A stretch of 55,792 bases of DNA from Piedraia hortae CBS 480.64. Lineage: Eukaryota. The DNA is taken from the NCBI GenBank assembly GCA_010093745.1, contig MU006008.1, positions 49,177 to 104,968 on the forward strand. The letters are read 5' to 3'. The position numbers and the translations under genes are program-made. The notes below the pieces were generated by a model that saw only the letters and a program-made list of their open reading frames with translations, searched no databases and was not told the origin of the DNA. Positions 31,734-42,355 of this stretch are shown piece by piece. Numbering within the stretch: position 1 is the stretch's first letter; each line of letters opens with the position of its first letter.

Positions 31734-33234
31734 GAATGCGGTATAACGAACGAATACTGGCTGTACTGTGTTGGCAAGGTGTGCGGCCGGCGTGCGGCTG
31801 AGCGAATCGGTCCATGTTTATGTCAAGCACTGGCTTGGCCTATGCGTTTCACCAAACCACGCCGTGCAAGCTGCTAAGAAAAGGGGATGCTCGACTCGCT
31901 GATCCCTATCTTGAGAGACACCGTCTTCCCCGGGTGAATGTCAATCTCGCTACAACCGATCACCGTTAGACCCTAGATGGCCTACCTGCAAGGTGCTATA
32001 TTGGTTCAGATGAGTCCAGGCTTTCCTGGTTTAAGCAATCGAACTGTAGTTTTCGAAGGTGACTGGATTGATTTGCCATTAACTGTCAACACTTTAACGC
32101 ACTCTTTCAAGCGCCAAGTTCTCCGTCTTGATCGAACTCAATTTCAATGTCAAACGTCCTACCCGCGATTGGTCACTCATGATACGGGAATCGTATAGTG
32201 GGCCCTTTGCCCCTTGCCGAACTATCCACATCGCACGTGAGCTGAACGACTTGTGGCAGTCGGGAAGACGGTGCCAAACACTCCCGTCATTTCCCTGATT
32301 ATTGCGGGCGCAGTGGTGTCGTCATTCAGGAGGCACTTCTCAGTACTCCATGCACCTTTCTACCGGCCGGTCGAGCTTTGCTACTTTCTTCTGTAGTTCC
32401 TTTAATTTATATTGCATATTGCAAATGGCTGTGAGCGCGCGTTGCTCGTCTTCCACTCGTCCGGGATATATATTTCGAAAGTTGACCTTTTTGTGCTAAC
32501 ATGAATGCTTGCCAATCACTCCTGTCACTATGTCAATTAAAATTTCAAATGTTCGGCCGACAAAGATTTACGTCCTAGATGAGACGTCGGTGGACTCATA
32601 CGGAATCCCCTGTGGAAAAAACTCGTCCCCGACTCGATAAAGTAGGGGAAAATTCCTTCATCGCCGATACTGGAAAGGGGTTAGTGCTTATTACCGTTAT
32701 CAATTCGCCCTTCATGCCATTTAGTGTCTGAGATATTTCCAACTTCCAGACCGCTGAGTACATCGCTGAAGCTGTATGGGTCATCTTCGATGCGGTGCAT
32801 CAAGATGGTTGTTTTGCCCTCTGCGAGATTCTTGAGTATTGATGCTTGATTTCAGGAGACGAAAACAGTAGTTCCATTCGTGAGGATGTTGTACACTGTA
32901 TGCCTAGCCGGCAATCGTAATTGACCTGCAAATCGATCCAGTATTCAACAAACCTATCCCCAATATGGTCCACAGTAGGCTCCCATTCGAACACCAGTCT
33001 TGCAGAAAGGTCCGGATATTTTTACATTACTTTGGAAAGAACGATACGAGATTCAAGCGTTCAGTTTGCAGGGCAAACTCTTCATTACTCACGGATCAGA
33101 GGAGGCTAAACGTGCCAATGTATAGGATGACACAAAGGCTGACCCTATCCGATCACCTGGGCTTAACCAAAAGCGCCTTGACAGAATCGAGCCATTCTTT
33201 AGTCCTCTTGCTCACACTTCATGAACCATGGTGA

Positions 33235-34620
33235 ATGACTGCCTCTCCTAAGAATAGCAAGTCTTGTGGAGGTGACGTCTTAAGAAATACGTCATCGATG
33301 TCGCACCCACCCACGCCCAGTTTAGCAATCCCCACAAAAAAGTTTTGGGTGCAGCGCACAATGCTTACAGCCACGCTCAAGCGGAATTTGCCTCCATGCA
33401 AAGCGTCACTTGAGCCACCAACAAAGCGCGTTCACTCATCAATTTCCAAATCTCGGCCGAAAAAGTACCACTGCACCGAGCCTGATTGCGGAAAGTCATT
33501 TGACCGGCCAGTGCGTCTCACGACTCATCTCCGTAGCCACACAAACACGCGGCCATATGTATGCCCTGTCGAGGGCTGCGGGAAAGATTTTCTCCGCACA
33601 GAACATCTCAAGCGGCATGAAAAGGACAAACACTCGGAGATCAAGAACCATGTCTGCGGTATTTGCGAACGGGCATTCACGACAGGGACAAGGTTACGTA
33701 GACACGAAGCTGCACACGAGAGGAAGAAACAGCTGAGTTGCACCGAGTGTGACAGGGAGTTCCGCTCAGCAGACACATTGCAAAGACATATCAAAGCCGA
33801 CCACGAGGGACAGCCATGTCATGCCTGTGAAGAGTGCAGCAGGGGCTTCAATTCGACAAAAGCGCTCGGGCGCCATGTGCAACGCGAACACTCAGCTCCA
33901 GCCTATCATTGTAGCATGTGCTCCTCCTCTCCGTTTCGCACTTATGCCGAGTTACAGGTTCACCTCAAGTCGGAGCATCCCGCGACCTGTGTCGAGTGCG
34001 GCCTTGTGTGCGACTCCAATCGTGCTCTACGCGCCCATGTGGAGATTGTACATGGAATGTCTGGCACGAAGAAGGCACATCCGTGTCCAATAGACGGCTG
34101 TGACCGCAGTTTTTCAAAGACTGGGAATTTGAACGTACACGTCCAGAACGTTCACCTAAAGCTGCGGGAGTTTGTATGCGGGACCTTCGATCTCAGCAAC
34201 AATGCCAAAGTCTCTGGCTGGGATGGAATGGGATGTGGAATGGCCTGTGGCACAAAAGCCACGCTTGAGAACCACGTTCGAACCCAGCACCTAGGGCTAC
34301 CTAACCCGATCAAGCCGTCCAGAAGGAAGGCCAGAGAAGAAAAGGATGGCAAGAAGGCGCTTTCCATGCTCACGGGTGTCGGCTACGAGGAAAACAAAGA
34401 TATTGAATGTCTGGTGCCTGAATGTCAATTTCGTTTCACGAAAGACTATCATCTTGGCACGCACCTGGAGAGGACGCATGGATGGAGTATTGAAACTATT
34501 TCAGACGAGATAAACACTCGTCGTGCCTATGACGGAACTTGGGGGGTGCCAATCGACCCTCGGTTGGAGAGCGATCAAGTTGGTCTCAATGGCTGTGACG
34601 ACGAACTGATGTTTGAGTAG
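33235..34620 (+). CDS. PZF1: Multi-C2H2 zinc-finger protein, TFIIIA-like (start may be at 33361)
   Basis: About 10 C2H2 fingers; FDRPVRLTTHLRSH, FLRTEHLKRH and FTTGTRLRRHEAAH resemble fungal TFIIIA fingers 1-3. Confidence 0.7.
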   Translation: MTASPKNSKSCGGDVLRNTSSMSHPPTPSLAIPTKKFWVQRTMLTATLKRNLPPCKASLEPPTKRVHSSISKSRPKKYHCTEPDCGKSFDRPVRLTTHLRSHTNTRPYVCPVEGCGKDFLRTEHLKRHEKDKHSEIKNHVCGICERAFTTGTRLRRHEAAHERKKQLSCTECDREFRSADTLQRHIKADHEGQPCHACEECSRGFNSTKALGRHVQREHSAPAYHCSMCSSSPFRTYAELQVHLKSEHPATCVECGLVCDSNRALRAHVEIVHGMSGTKKAHPCPIDGCDRSFSKTGNLNVHVQNVHLKLREFVCGTFDLSNNAKVSGWDGMGCGMACGTKATLENHVRTQHLGLPNPIKPSRRKAREEKDGKKALSMLTGVGYEENKDIECLVPECQFRFTKDYHLGTHLERTHGWSIETISDEINTRRAYDGTWGVPIDPRLESDQVGLNGCDDELMFE

Positions 34621-34747
34621 CTGGCTAGAACACAATGTATATAAAGAAGCTAATTCTGCCACTAGTCGGTGGTCAAGTGACAGCTTCGTCTATCTGCGCA
34701 ATCAAGTCGGGATAGCCATGCAGCCAACAACAATGACTGGTTGAGGA

Positions 34748-35165
34748 TTACTCACACCCGCAGTTCTGAGGAGCAGTCGTCTTGGCTGGCTCCTGTTTCG
34801 AAGAGGGTGTGTCAGAATGACCCAAGTTTCTAGCCGGTTCTATGCGGTCTCGCAGCCTCTGTTTCAGAACTACGAAACATTAGCCTGGGCATGACTATGA
34901 AAAGCTAAGCAGTACTTTTCGCTTCTGGAAATCCTCCATCAGCCTTTCTATCCCAAAGCGTCACCGTTTCATCTTCAGTCGTCAAGATAACGGTGAAAAT
35001 GCCGCCAGTTGACGGGATCAAGGCAACTTCTCCAATGGAAGTGCCAAAAGTGGAAAGCAGCTCCTGCCCAAAGTATGCAGCACGCAGCATCCAACGGCAC
35101 TGCGTGCAGTAAGTGATGGCTATGCGCGGAAACATTGGCAATCTATCCAGGGACGAGGTACGCAT
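34748..35165 (-). CDS. Rdx family (SelT/SelW/SelH-like) CxxC protein; intron 34915-34870
   Basis: ITYCTQCRWMLRAAYFGQELLSTF, TGGIF, WDRKADGGFPEAK|ILKQRLRDRIEPARNLGHSD. Confidence 0.88.
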
Positions 35166-35416
35166 GCTGCAGGAGCCGTTGGTAAGCGGGGGCTACGCCA
35201 CGCACGTGCGGCTAATGCAGTCCTGTGGCGCGTGGCTTGAGATCTGCAGTACAGCGACTTCGGGAAGATTCTAAGCGTCGATGGGTGTGGCGGAGTGCCG
35301 AAACTAAAAATGTCGGCCAATCGTCGTGGCGCATGCAATGCCGGCCAAATCCGGCAATGAGGCGGTGTTGTGTTGGTCTGCCCCGTATATAATCGCCGAT
35401 GGACCATATTGCGGCA

Positions 35417-37336
35417 ATGGCTCTGTTCAAGAAAAGCAGCTGGAAGCGCAGTCACCAACATTCGCAGTCGTTGCAGTCGCGCGATCAATTGCGGACGCCG
35501 TCTCTTGTGTCGGCGTCGTCAGCGTCGACGCTGGAAGTTCCGCCCGAGCTCGCCCATCTCAACGTCGATCCGCCCAAACGCCCGCGCCGACCGAGTCGCG
35601 ACAATACCCCCAACCTCGTCGAGTTCCTCAGCACGCCGTCACCCGTGATCAAGAGTGAACTGCCGTCGTACTATGCTGGCTACCGGCCGCGGAACGCTTC
35701 GCAGGAGACGTTGTCGAGCCAGGGCACGTCGCCTGTTCTCGCACGCACACCAAAGAGCGAGGGCAAGTCGCGTCGTAGAGGTCCCGCTGCTGGCACCGGC
35801 CACGAAGGCTATGGTCGCTTCGGTTTCCGTCGCGGCAGCCCGGCGATGCGACGTAGTCCGGCGCTACGCTCACCCAGCATCGGCAGCGACAGCTCAGCCA
35901 GAGATTCACCTCTTAGCCCCGGGCCATGGCAGCCCGCTGCGAAGAACTTTGCGCAGCGAGCCCACGCTCTTCAGAAGAGTCCGATGCCTCCTGGATGCGT
36001 CTTGATGGAGTCGGTGCCGCTCAGTCTTCATGAGATCGAAAAGATGGTGCGGGAGCCGGAGACGCCGGTGGTGGAGGAAGCGGTTCCGGCGTCCAACATG
36101 GTGCCGTACGAAGAAAGACACTATGACCTGCTACCGCCCCCTACGACGGGGCTGAATCAGACGTCAACGACGCTAGAATCGCCCCTGACTAGGCTGATGC
36201 GCGCGTCGCAATCGGCGGCCCAGACGCTTCCCCAGTCGCCTCCCCAGTCGCGGCTGTCCCCAATCGGCAGGATCCCCAAGATCGTACCCAAGCGGAAATA
36301 CAACTCTCCCGACAATTCGTTTTCCAGACCCTTCAACAATCGGCCGCATTCGTCTCTCTTACCGCCTCGTCCTCCTCTTCACTCGGCTCCAGTCCAAACA
36401 TTCCAGCCCCCTTTGCAGCCATACAATGAGGCTTTTACTCCACAACCAAGCCAGATAGCTGAGGAACCCATCGAGGAGGATCATTGGGCTGAATATGACG
36501 ACCTCGTCGAGGACTACCTCTCAGATGCTCCGGCCGAAGCGCCGTTCGATAAGCGTCTGGCCGCTCTTCTGACCAGCAAGTGGCTGTCGGCCGACCGAGT
36601 GCTGTTCAGTCCCGCCCACAACGAGATCCGGCTGTCCGAGGAGCCTCGGGTGCTTGTGGTCGATGGACTCGGCAGCGACTGGTCTTACAACGTTGCCATC
36701 AACTACCATTCTGCCAAAGTGTATGACCTCGGCCCCACGAAGACCCCACCAGAATTGTGGCCTGAACTGAACGGAAAGCCGCCCAGCAACTATCGACACG
36801 TTCAATACAGCCACGGCGCTTCTTTCCCCTTTCCGCAAGCCTTTTTCAATGCCGTCGTGTTCCGCTTTCCCGTAGCCACAACAGACGACGCATACTCTTT
36901 CTACATGTCAGAGTGTAAGCGTGTGCTCCGGCCTGGGGGCCATCTGGAAGTCAGCGTGCTTGATATGGATCTCAGCTCTGCCGGTCCTCTTGCGCGAAGG
37001 GATGTTCGCAACCTCAAGATGCGCCTGCAATCGCTTGACTCCACAATCAGCCTTCGCAACCTCAGCGACTTGATGATCCGTCTCATGGCAAAAAACGGCC
37101 TGGAGAACCTTCAACGCTGCTTTGTCGGCGTTCCTGTTGCTGGCAAAGGCGAAATGGAGAAGACAATGTCTCGCGTCGGCCAGTGGTGGTATTCCACATG
37201 TTATGAACGATGGGAAAGCATATGGCGGCATCAGAACTTGCTAGAAGAGTGCGAGGCCCAAGGCACCAGTTTCAGACTGATGATAGCGTATGCACAGAAG
37301 CCGGTGGAAGCGAAGAGGAGAACTGCAAGTGTGTGA
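35417..37336 (+). CDS. Disordered S/P/R-rich protein with a C-terminal SAM-methyltransferase-like domain
   Basis: RVLVVDGLGSDW, FPFPQAFFNAVVFRF, SECKRVLRPGGHLEV. Confidence 0.75.
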   Translation: MALFKKSSWKRSHQHSQSLQSRDQLRTPSLVSASSASTLEVPPELAHLNVDPPKRPRRPSRDNTPNLVEFLSTPSPVIKSELPSYYAGYRPRNASQETLSSQGTSPVLARTPKSEGKSRRRGPAAGTGHEGYGRFGFRRGSPAMRRSPALRSPSIGSDSSARDSPLSPGPWQPAAKNFAQRAHALQKSPMPPGCVLMESVPLSLHEIEKMVREPETPVVEEAVPASNMVPYEERHYDLLPPPTTGLNQTSTTLESPLTRLMRASQSAAQTLPQSPPQSRLSPIGRIPKIVPKRKYNSPDNSFSRPFNNRPHSSLLPPRPPLHSAPVQTFQPPLQPYNEAFTPQPSQIAEEPIEEDHWAEYDDLVEDYLSDAPAEAPFDKRLAALLTSKWLSADRVLFSPAHNEIRLSEEPRVLVVDGLGSDWSYNVAINYHSAKVYDLGPTKTPPELWPELNGKPPSNYRHVQYSHGASFPFPQAFFNAVVFRFPVATTDDAYSFYMSECKRVLRPGGHLEVSVLDMDLSSAGPLARRDVRNLKMRLQSLDSTISLRNLSDLMIRLMAKNGLENLQRCFVGVPVAGKGEMEKTMSRVGQWWYSTCYERWESIWRHQNLLEECEAQGTSFRLMIAYAQKPVEAKRRTASV

Positions 37337-37867
37337 ATCATTTGCAAAGCAGAATAAGTAATGGAGAGTTTGCTTGCAAGCTTTTTTCTGACAGGGCCGG
37401 TCCCTGGAGAATCTTTCATACATCAAGACGTTAAACTGGACATGGACGATATGGATACACAATCTGCACGATACGAAGTTGTAATTTAGCCTGGTAATGC
37501 GTTGGCATGTACAAGATGAGCATGAGGGTGGGCTGGAAAATAACAATTATGATTCAGATATGATACAGCGCAGGAGAATTTGACAATTCATCGTTCCAAG
37601 ACCCCATATAGACGTGCGTGGACCACAGTTATATACTCTTACGTAATCTGCCCCATGGCAGAAGGGAATCTTTGCAGTTCGCAGCCTCCCAAGAGCTAAC
37701 TCTACTTTAGAATCTCTCTGATCGTTCCACAAACACACAGAAGCAAATATCAACTGCCATTTCACCATGGTCCGTAAAGATATTATAGGGCTCGGCAAGT
37801 TCCGCCGCGCTCATCGGTTCGGGCCGCCACGCATCTGAAGATCACACCACCAAACAACACGCAAATC

Positions 37868-40800
37868 ATGGCGACATCGACGCAAATGCGGACCCCGGCG
37901 CGTACATTACCGCAAAAGTCAGACAACACAATCATGCAGGCGCGAAGGTACATTGCGGGAGGGCCCGGCGGAGGCGGCCGTTGGGTCGACAGTACCGGCA
38001 AAGACATTCCATTGTCCGAATGTCCGCTGCCCTTACGTGGGCCTCGATCGCAGAAGAAGCCGCAAACACGACCCAAGATGGACAAGACGCCGGCGGCACC
38101 AAGCCCTGCCGTGCTCGCCCGGCCACGGCGCGATCGTCAACCTCGTTACCCGCCTCAGGCCACACCCCGCCCACGCTACTGTAGCTCTGCGTCGGCCGCG
38201 GCCGCAACCGACGGCTACAAGCCGCGCGAAGAGAAGAGCTGGGAAGACTTTCATCCAGATCTGCAGCTGGATGCCGAGCTTCCACTGTTCACTGCCGATG
38301 AGGTAGACGGCCGCGTGGAGCCAGGGGCGAGGGCCGGCGCGGTCAATGGAGAGCGCCTAGAGTGCGAAGACGGTGATGGGCGCGAAGCTAGCGACGATGC
38401 CGACGCCTCACAGGCCACACCGGCGCGAAGGAGGGCCGGACGCCCGCCGCGACTGTTGACTGGTCTGGGATCGCCGCCAGCACCTCGCATCGTACCGCTG
38501 CCAACCCAGAATCCAAAAGAGCGGTTAAATCTTGCAAAGCCGTCGTTCCGCAGGGTAAACCACTTCCTGCAATATGAGGAGAACCAGCAGGAGAACAAAG
38601 TCAACTATGTAGACCGCGCAATGGCGCAGTTGGGCTACCAAGAGACGGACCGGTGGGAACTGCCGCCTGTGCTCATGCGATACTCTGAAGGTACCCAGGC
38701 TGAGGACGAGGCCGAGGTCAGTTTGCGGCTCAAGAGCGATGGGCCGGTTGAAACGGGACCGTCGCAGCCGGTACTGGGACGCGTTGAGTATGACATGGAC
38801 GAGCAGGATGTGCAGTGGCTAGAGGAGATCAACCGACAGAGGGCGGCTAGCGAGGCAGAGCCGGTGCGGCCGGCCGTGTTCGAGGCCCTGATGACGCAGA
38901 TCGAGAAGGAGTACCACGCGTTGGAGCGGCGCATCCCAAAGCCGCAGCCGCGCCACGCCCAGATGCACCGGCCGCGGTCTAGCTCTCAAGCGGCCGTAAA
39001 CGGAGATCCTGCTGCCGACGAACCTGACTCCAAGTGCGCCGTGTGCGACGACGGTGATTGTGAGAACGCCAATGCCATCATATTCTGCGATGGCTGCGAT
39101 CTCGCTGTGCATCAAGAGTGCTACGGCGTGCCGTTCATCCCAGAGGGCCAGTGGTTCTGCCGCCGGTGTCGCGAAGTTGGTCGCGGCGTCCCGACCTGTC
39201 TCTTCTGCCCCAGCGTCGACGGCGCGTTTAAGCAGACGACGACGATGCGCTGGAGCCATGTATTGTGCGCACTTTGGATCCCGGAGGTTTCCATTGCCAA
39301 CATGACCTTTATGGAACCCATTGCCGACGTGGAAATGGTGCCGCGCGGCCGCTGGGCCCTCGTCTGCTACATCTGCAACCAGCGAATGGGGGCTTGCATC
39401 CAGTGCGGCTACAAGAACTGCTATCAGGCCTTTCACGTCACCTGCGCCCGTCGTGCGCGTCTCTTTCTGAACATGAAGTCGCCGAACCAGTCCGGGATAG
39501 ATACGGCAAATCTACGCGCCCTCTGCGACAAACACGTACCACCTGAATGGCGGACGCTGCATGACACTTCTAATGCTCTCGCCGACGCCCGTCGTTGGTG
39601 TCGCCACACCTTCAAGGATCGCCAGTGGGTTACCAGCCAGACAGCCGCCCAAACCTTGGGCGCGCCGCCTTTGCCCGACGGGACGCTTCCCATGGAACCG
39701 CTAGGAGGCGACGCGTCGCCGTCTGCGAAGCGTCGCCGTACTCAGCTGCCAAAGATGACTTGGCGTCTGCCGTCCGGTGCTCCCGTTGTTCCCGCCGTTG
39801 TCTTCAATACCGTCGATGCCAGCATAGCGCGATTCAACATTCGCAAGCGTAAAGAGTTTGTCGAACGTGTGTGTCGCTACTGGACGCTGAAGCGAGAATC
39901 CCGTAAGGGGGCTCCTCTGCTCAAACGTCTACAGCTGCAGCTGGAAGGCTTCTCTACCATGGAAGTGACACGGCGCAATTTTGTCGGCATGGGCTCTGCT
40001 GGCCGTCAAAGATTGACGCGCCGCATTGCCTTTTCAGAAATGCTGCAAGACGACATGGTTCACATTGTCAAAATGGCGGATCTGGTGAAGGAACGGGAGG
40101 CGCTGCGGCTGCGCGAAGTCGAGCTGCTGAGGCACCAGTTGGACACGTTATATTTCCCCATTCCGGCCCTATTAGACCCGATAATCGATCGCGCCCAGAA
40201 GATTGACGAGAAGACGGCCATATTTAGGTCTGGTTTAGAACGGGTAGCGCTGCGCGTGCGTGAGCGATACTATACCAGTATCAACCAATTCTCCCAAGAT
40301 CTGGCAAAGGAGATACAAGCGGTAGCCTCGCCCACAGCCGAACAGATGGATGATTCGTACCCGAATATCGACTCCCTCCATCAATATCTCCAAGAGGATG
40401 TACCTGGCTCAGCCGAGCACAACGCTCTGACGCACGAACAAAAGGAAGTGAAGAAGCTCGCAAAACGACTTGTCAAGTCTGTAAAGGACATGTTGGACGA
40501 CGCAAAGGTCAAAGAAATGGAGCTCAGAAGGGTGGAGCACAACGAAGAGCTGCAGAAGCTGGACTCTCTCCCCATCTTTACTCGAGCGGCCGCACGAAAT
40601 TTGTCAGCTGGGTCTGCGCGGGCAGGCGCACCCGCCATAGCTGGCGCCGAAATCGAGGCTGATGGAGATACCATCATGAACGGAGACACAAGTGGCTCTA
40701 ATCGAACACCAGATCCTGGGCAAGACCTCTTTGCCCGTGGAGGTGTACCGTGGTATCTAGAGCTGTTTGACCCTGAAGGCACTACGATTCACGAGGAACG

Positions 40801-40969
40801 CTATACGGGAAGGGAGGTGTTGCGGGACATGTCGGAAGAGCTGACGGATATGGATGAGCAGACCCTCACCGAGCTGAACCCAGAACAGCCCGAGGAGTCG
40901 CCTGGGGAGCCAGTAAAGCAGGGCAAGGCGAGGGAAAAGAAGAAAAAGACCCGCAAGAGGAAGCGGTGA
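37868..40969 (+). CDS. NTO1: NuA3 histone acetyltransferase complex subunit (EPL1, PHD and extended PHD)
   Basis: VEYDMDEQD, CAVCDDGDCENANAIIFCDGCDLAVHQECYG, FHVTCARRA, YWTLKRESRKGAPLLKRLQ. Confidence 0.92.
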   Translation: MATSTQMRTPARTLPQKSDNTIMQARRYIAGGPGGGGRWVDSTGKDIPLSECPLPLRGPRSQKKPQTRPKMDKTPAAPSPAVLARPRRDRQPRYPPQATPRPRYCSSASAAAATDGYKPREEKSWEDFHPDLQLDAELPLFTADEVDGRVEPGARAGAVNGERLECEDGDGREASDDADASQATPARRRAGRPPRLLTGLGSPPAPRIVPLPTQNPKERLNLAKPSFRRVNHFLQYEENQQENKVNYVDRAMAQLGYQETDRWELPPVLMRYSEGTQAEDEAEVSLRLKSDGPVETGPSQPVLGRVEYDMDEQDVQWLEEINRQRAASEAEPVRPAVFEALMTQIEKEYHALERRIPKPQPRHAQMHRPRSSSQAAVNGDPAADEPDSKCAVCDDGDCENANAIIFCDGCDLAVHQECYGVPFIPEGQWFCRRCREVGRGVPTCLFCPSVDGAFKQTTTMRWSHVLCALWIPEVSIANMTFMEPIADVEMVPRGRWALVCYICNQRMGACIQCGYKNCYQAFHVTCARRARLFLNMKSPNQSGIDTANLRALCDKHVPPEWRTLHDTSNALADARRWCRHTFKDRQWVTSQTAAQTLGAPPLPDGTLPMEPLGGDASPSAKRRRTQLPKMTWRLPSGAPVVPAVVFNTVDASIARFNIRKRKEFVERVCRYWTLKRESRKGAPLLKRLQLQLEGFSTMEVTRRNFVGMGSAGRQRLTRRIAFSEMLQDDMVHIVKMADLVKEREALRLREVELLRHQLDTLYFPIPALLDPIIDRAQKIDEKTAIFRSGLERVALRVRERYYTSINQFSQDLAKEIQAVASPTAEQMDDSYPNIDSLHQYLQEDVPGSAEHNALTHEQKEVKKLAKRLVKSVKDMLDDAKVKEMELRRVEHNEELQKLDSLPIFTRAAARNLSAGSARAGAPAIAGAEIEADGDTIMNGDTSGSNRTPDPGQDLFARGGVPWYLELFDPEGTTIHEERYTGREVLRDMSEELTDMDEQTLTELNPEQPEESPGEPVKQGKAREKKKKTRKRKR

Positions 40970-41159
40970 TTCGGATAAAATCCTGTTGGTTTCTGAGCGT
41001 TCGGTTCTAGATGATACCCCACTATTCATTCCCGCTGCTGGGACTTGTTGATATACTGCCATGGCAATTGATTGCTGCTTTCTTTTCACGCTGAGATAGT
41101 ATTCCACATGAACTTTTTCAAGCCGCCAAATGATATCCAGCATATTGTGAAGTAAAACC

Positions 41160-41587
41160 TATCATAGTGTACCAACCATCTGCCGCGACCAGTCGTTCAT
41201 CGCCCAAACCCCAGGAAAGCCAGGATGTAATAGTTCTCCAGGACGCACTGGCCCAAAGCGATGGCCCGGATCACCGTCAGATCAATCTGACCTGGCTGGA
41301 AGTAGTAGTTGCGGTTGGTTTGGCATCGCAGCTGTGTTTAGAGTCACTCTGGCTCAGTTCCTGCTGCACATTGCGAGTCTCGCTATCACCACTTTCGTGC
41401 GTAGTTGCCTGGTAGTTGTGCCTAGACCTGCGCTGCTGTGGGCTGTGGGCAGCTTGCTGAGGGCTTGCTGAGGTCAACCTCTGGGAAGATTGCTGTTTTC
41501 CTCCATGCAGGCTTGACAATCTCCTTGGAAGAGGCCTTCTTAAAGGGAGGCCAGGAGGTTCCGAAGAAACTCCTCTTCGTCATTCAT
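41160..41587 (-). pseudogene. Possible decayed orphan gene
   Basis: Pyrimidine-rich leader (41680-41645 on minus), then MNDEEEFLRNLLASL*EGLFQGDC.. with stops and frame changes. Confidence 0.25.
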
Positions 41588-42355
41588 GTTTGCCAAAGCG
41601 ACGTGTTGGTGAAGTTACACAGCTTCTGGATGTAGAAGTTCCCCAGAGGGGAGGAGGGGGGGGAGAGGGGGAGAAAGGACAAACCCAATTTCAAAAGTCG
41701 AAGGTGGCGGGTTGCGTGAAGGGGTAGAAACTCAAGAGAAACTTGTGGGTGATGCGAGATTGCAGGAACTTGAGGTTGAGGCGTGAAAAATGGCTGTACA
41801 CAAAGCGCCTCCGGCTCCTGTCACAGGTCGCTATGACAGGAACATGAATGAGCCAGCGGTAGCCCAAATCAAATCTGTGTAGCTTGTGGTTATGTGACCA
41901 TCACCTTCTCCTCTTCTTCATCTTTTTAGCCACACAGGTGCTGTGAAGATTCCGCATTAGTCCCTGTCAAATCTGAGAAGATAATCTGCCAGGACGTTTG
42001 CTTGCTCGCCGGCTTTGTAGCGTGAAAGGTTGACATAGCTTTCTCTCGCAAAGCAAGACGACTCGATTGTCGGAGGCCTTGCTATCTAAATTCAGGCTTC
42101 ACGACATTGCAGCCGTTCAGCAGCACGACATTGCGATGTCAGCAAGGGCGGAGAGCCAACAAGGAGAGGTAAACATCACCAGCACACGACGATGAAATTT
42201 TTTCTCAGGTAAGCTCGAAGTTTTCGCAATGCGGAACGAGTTCCGTGGAATATGTACTTCCTAATGTAGTCATCACAAAAAAACTTTTCTGAAAAACCAT
42301 ACTGGCGCCCATACCGACTAATGCACCCTGGAGGAATGAATCCCGCTTAAAAGAC

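Noticed and set aside
34748..35165. Possible selenoprotein
   Set aside because: The redox motif is CTQC encoded by Cys codons; there is no in-frame TGA
41648..41671. G-run tract as a G-quadruplex
   Set aside because: Equally explained as a common fungal pyrimidine-rich leader on the minus strand; no independent support
42100..42134. CACGACATTGC direct repeat x2
   Set aside because: Only two short copies, no array or TSD/poly(A) structure; not CRISPR-like
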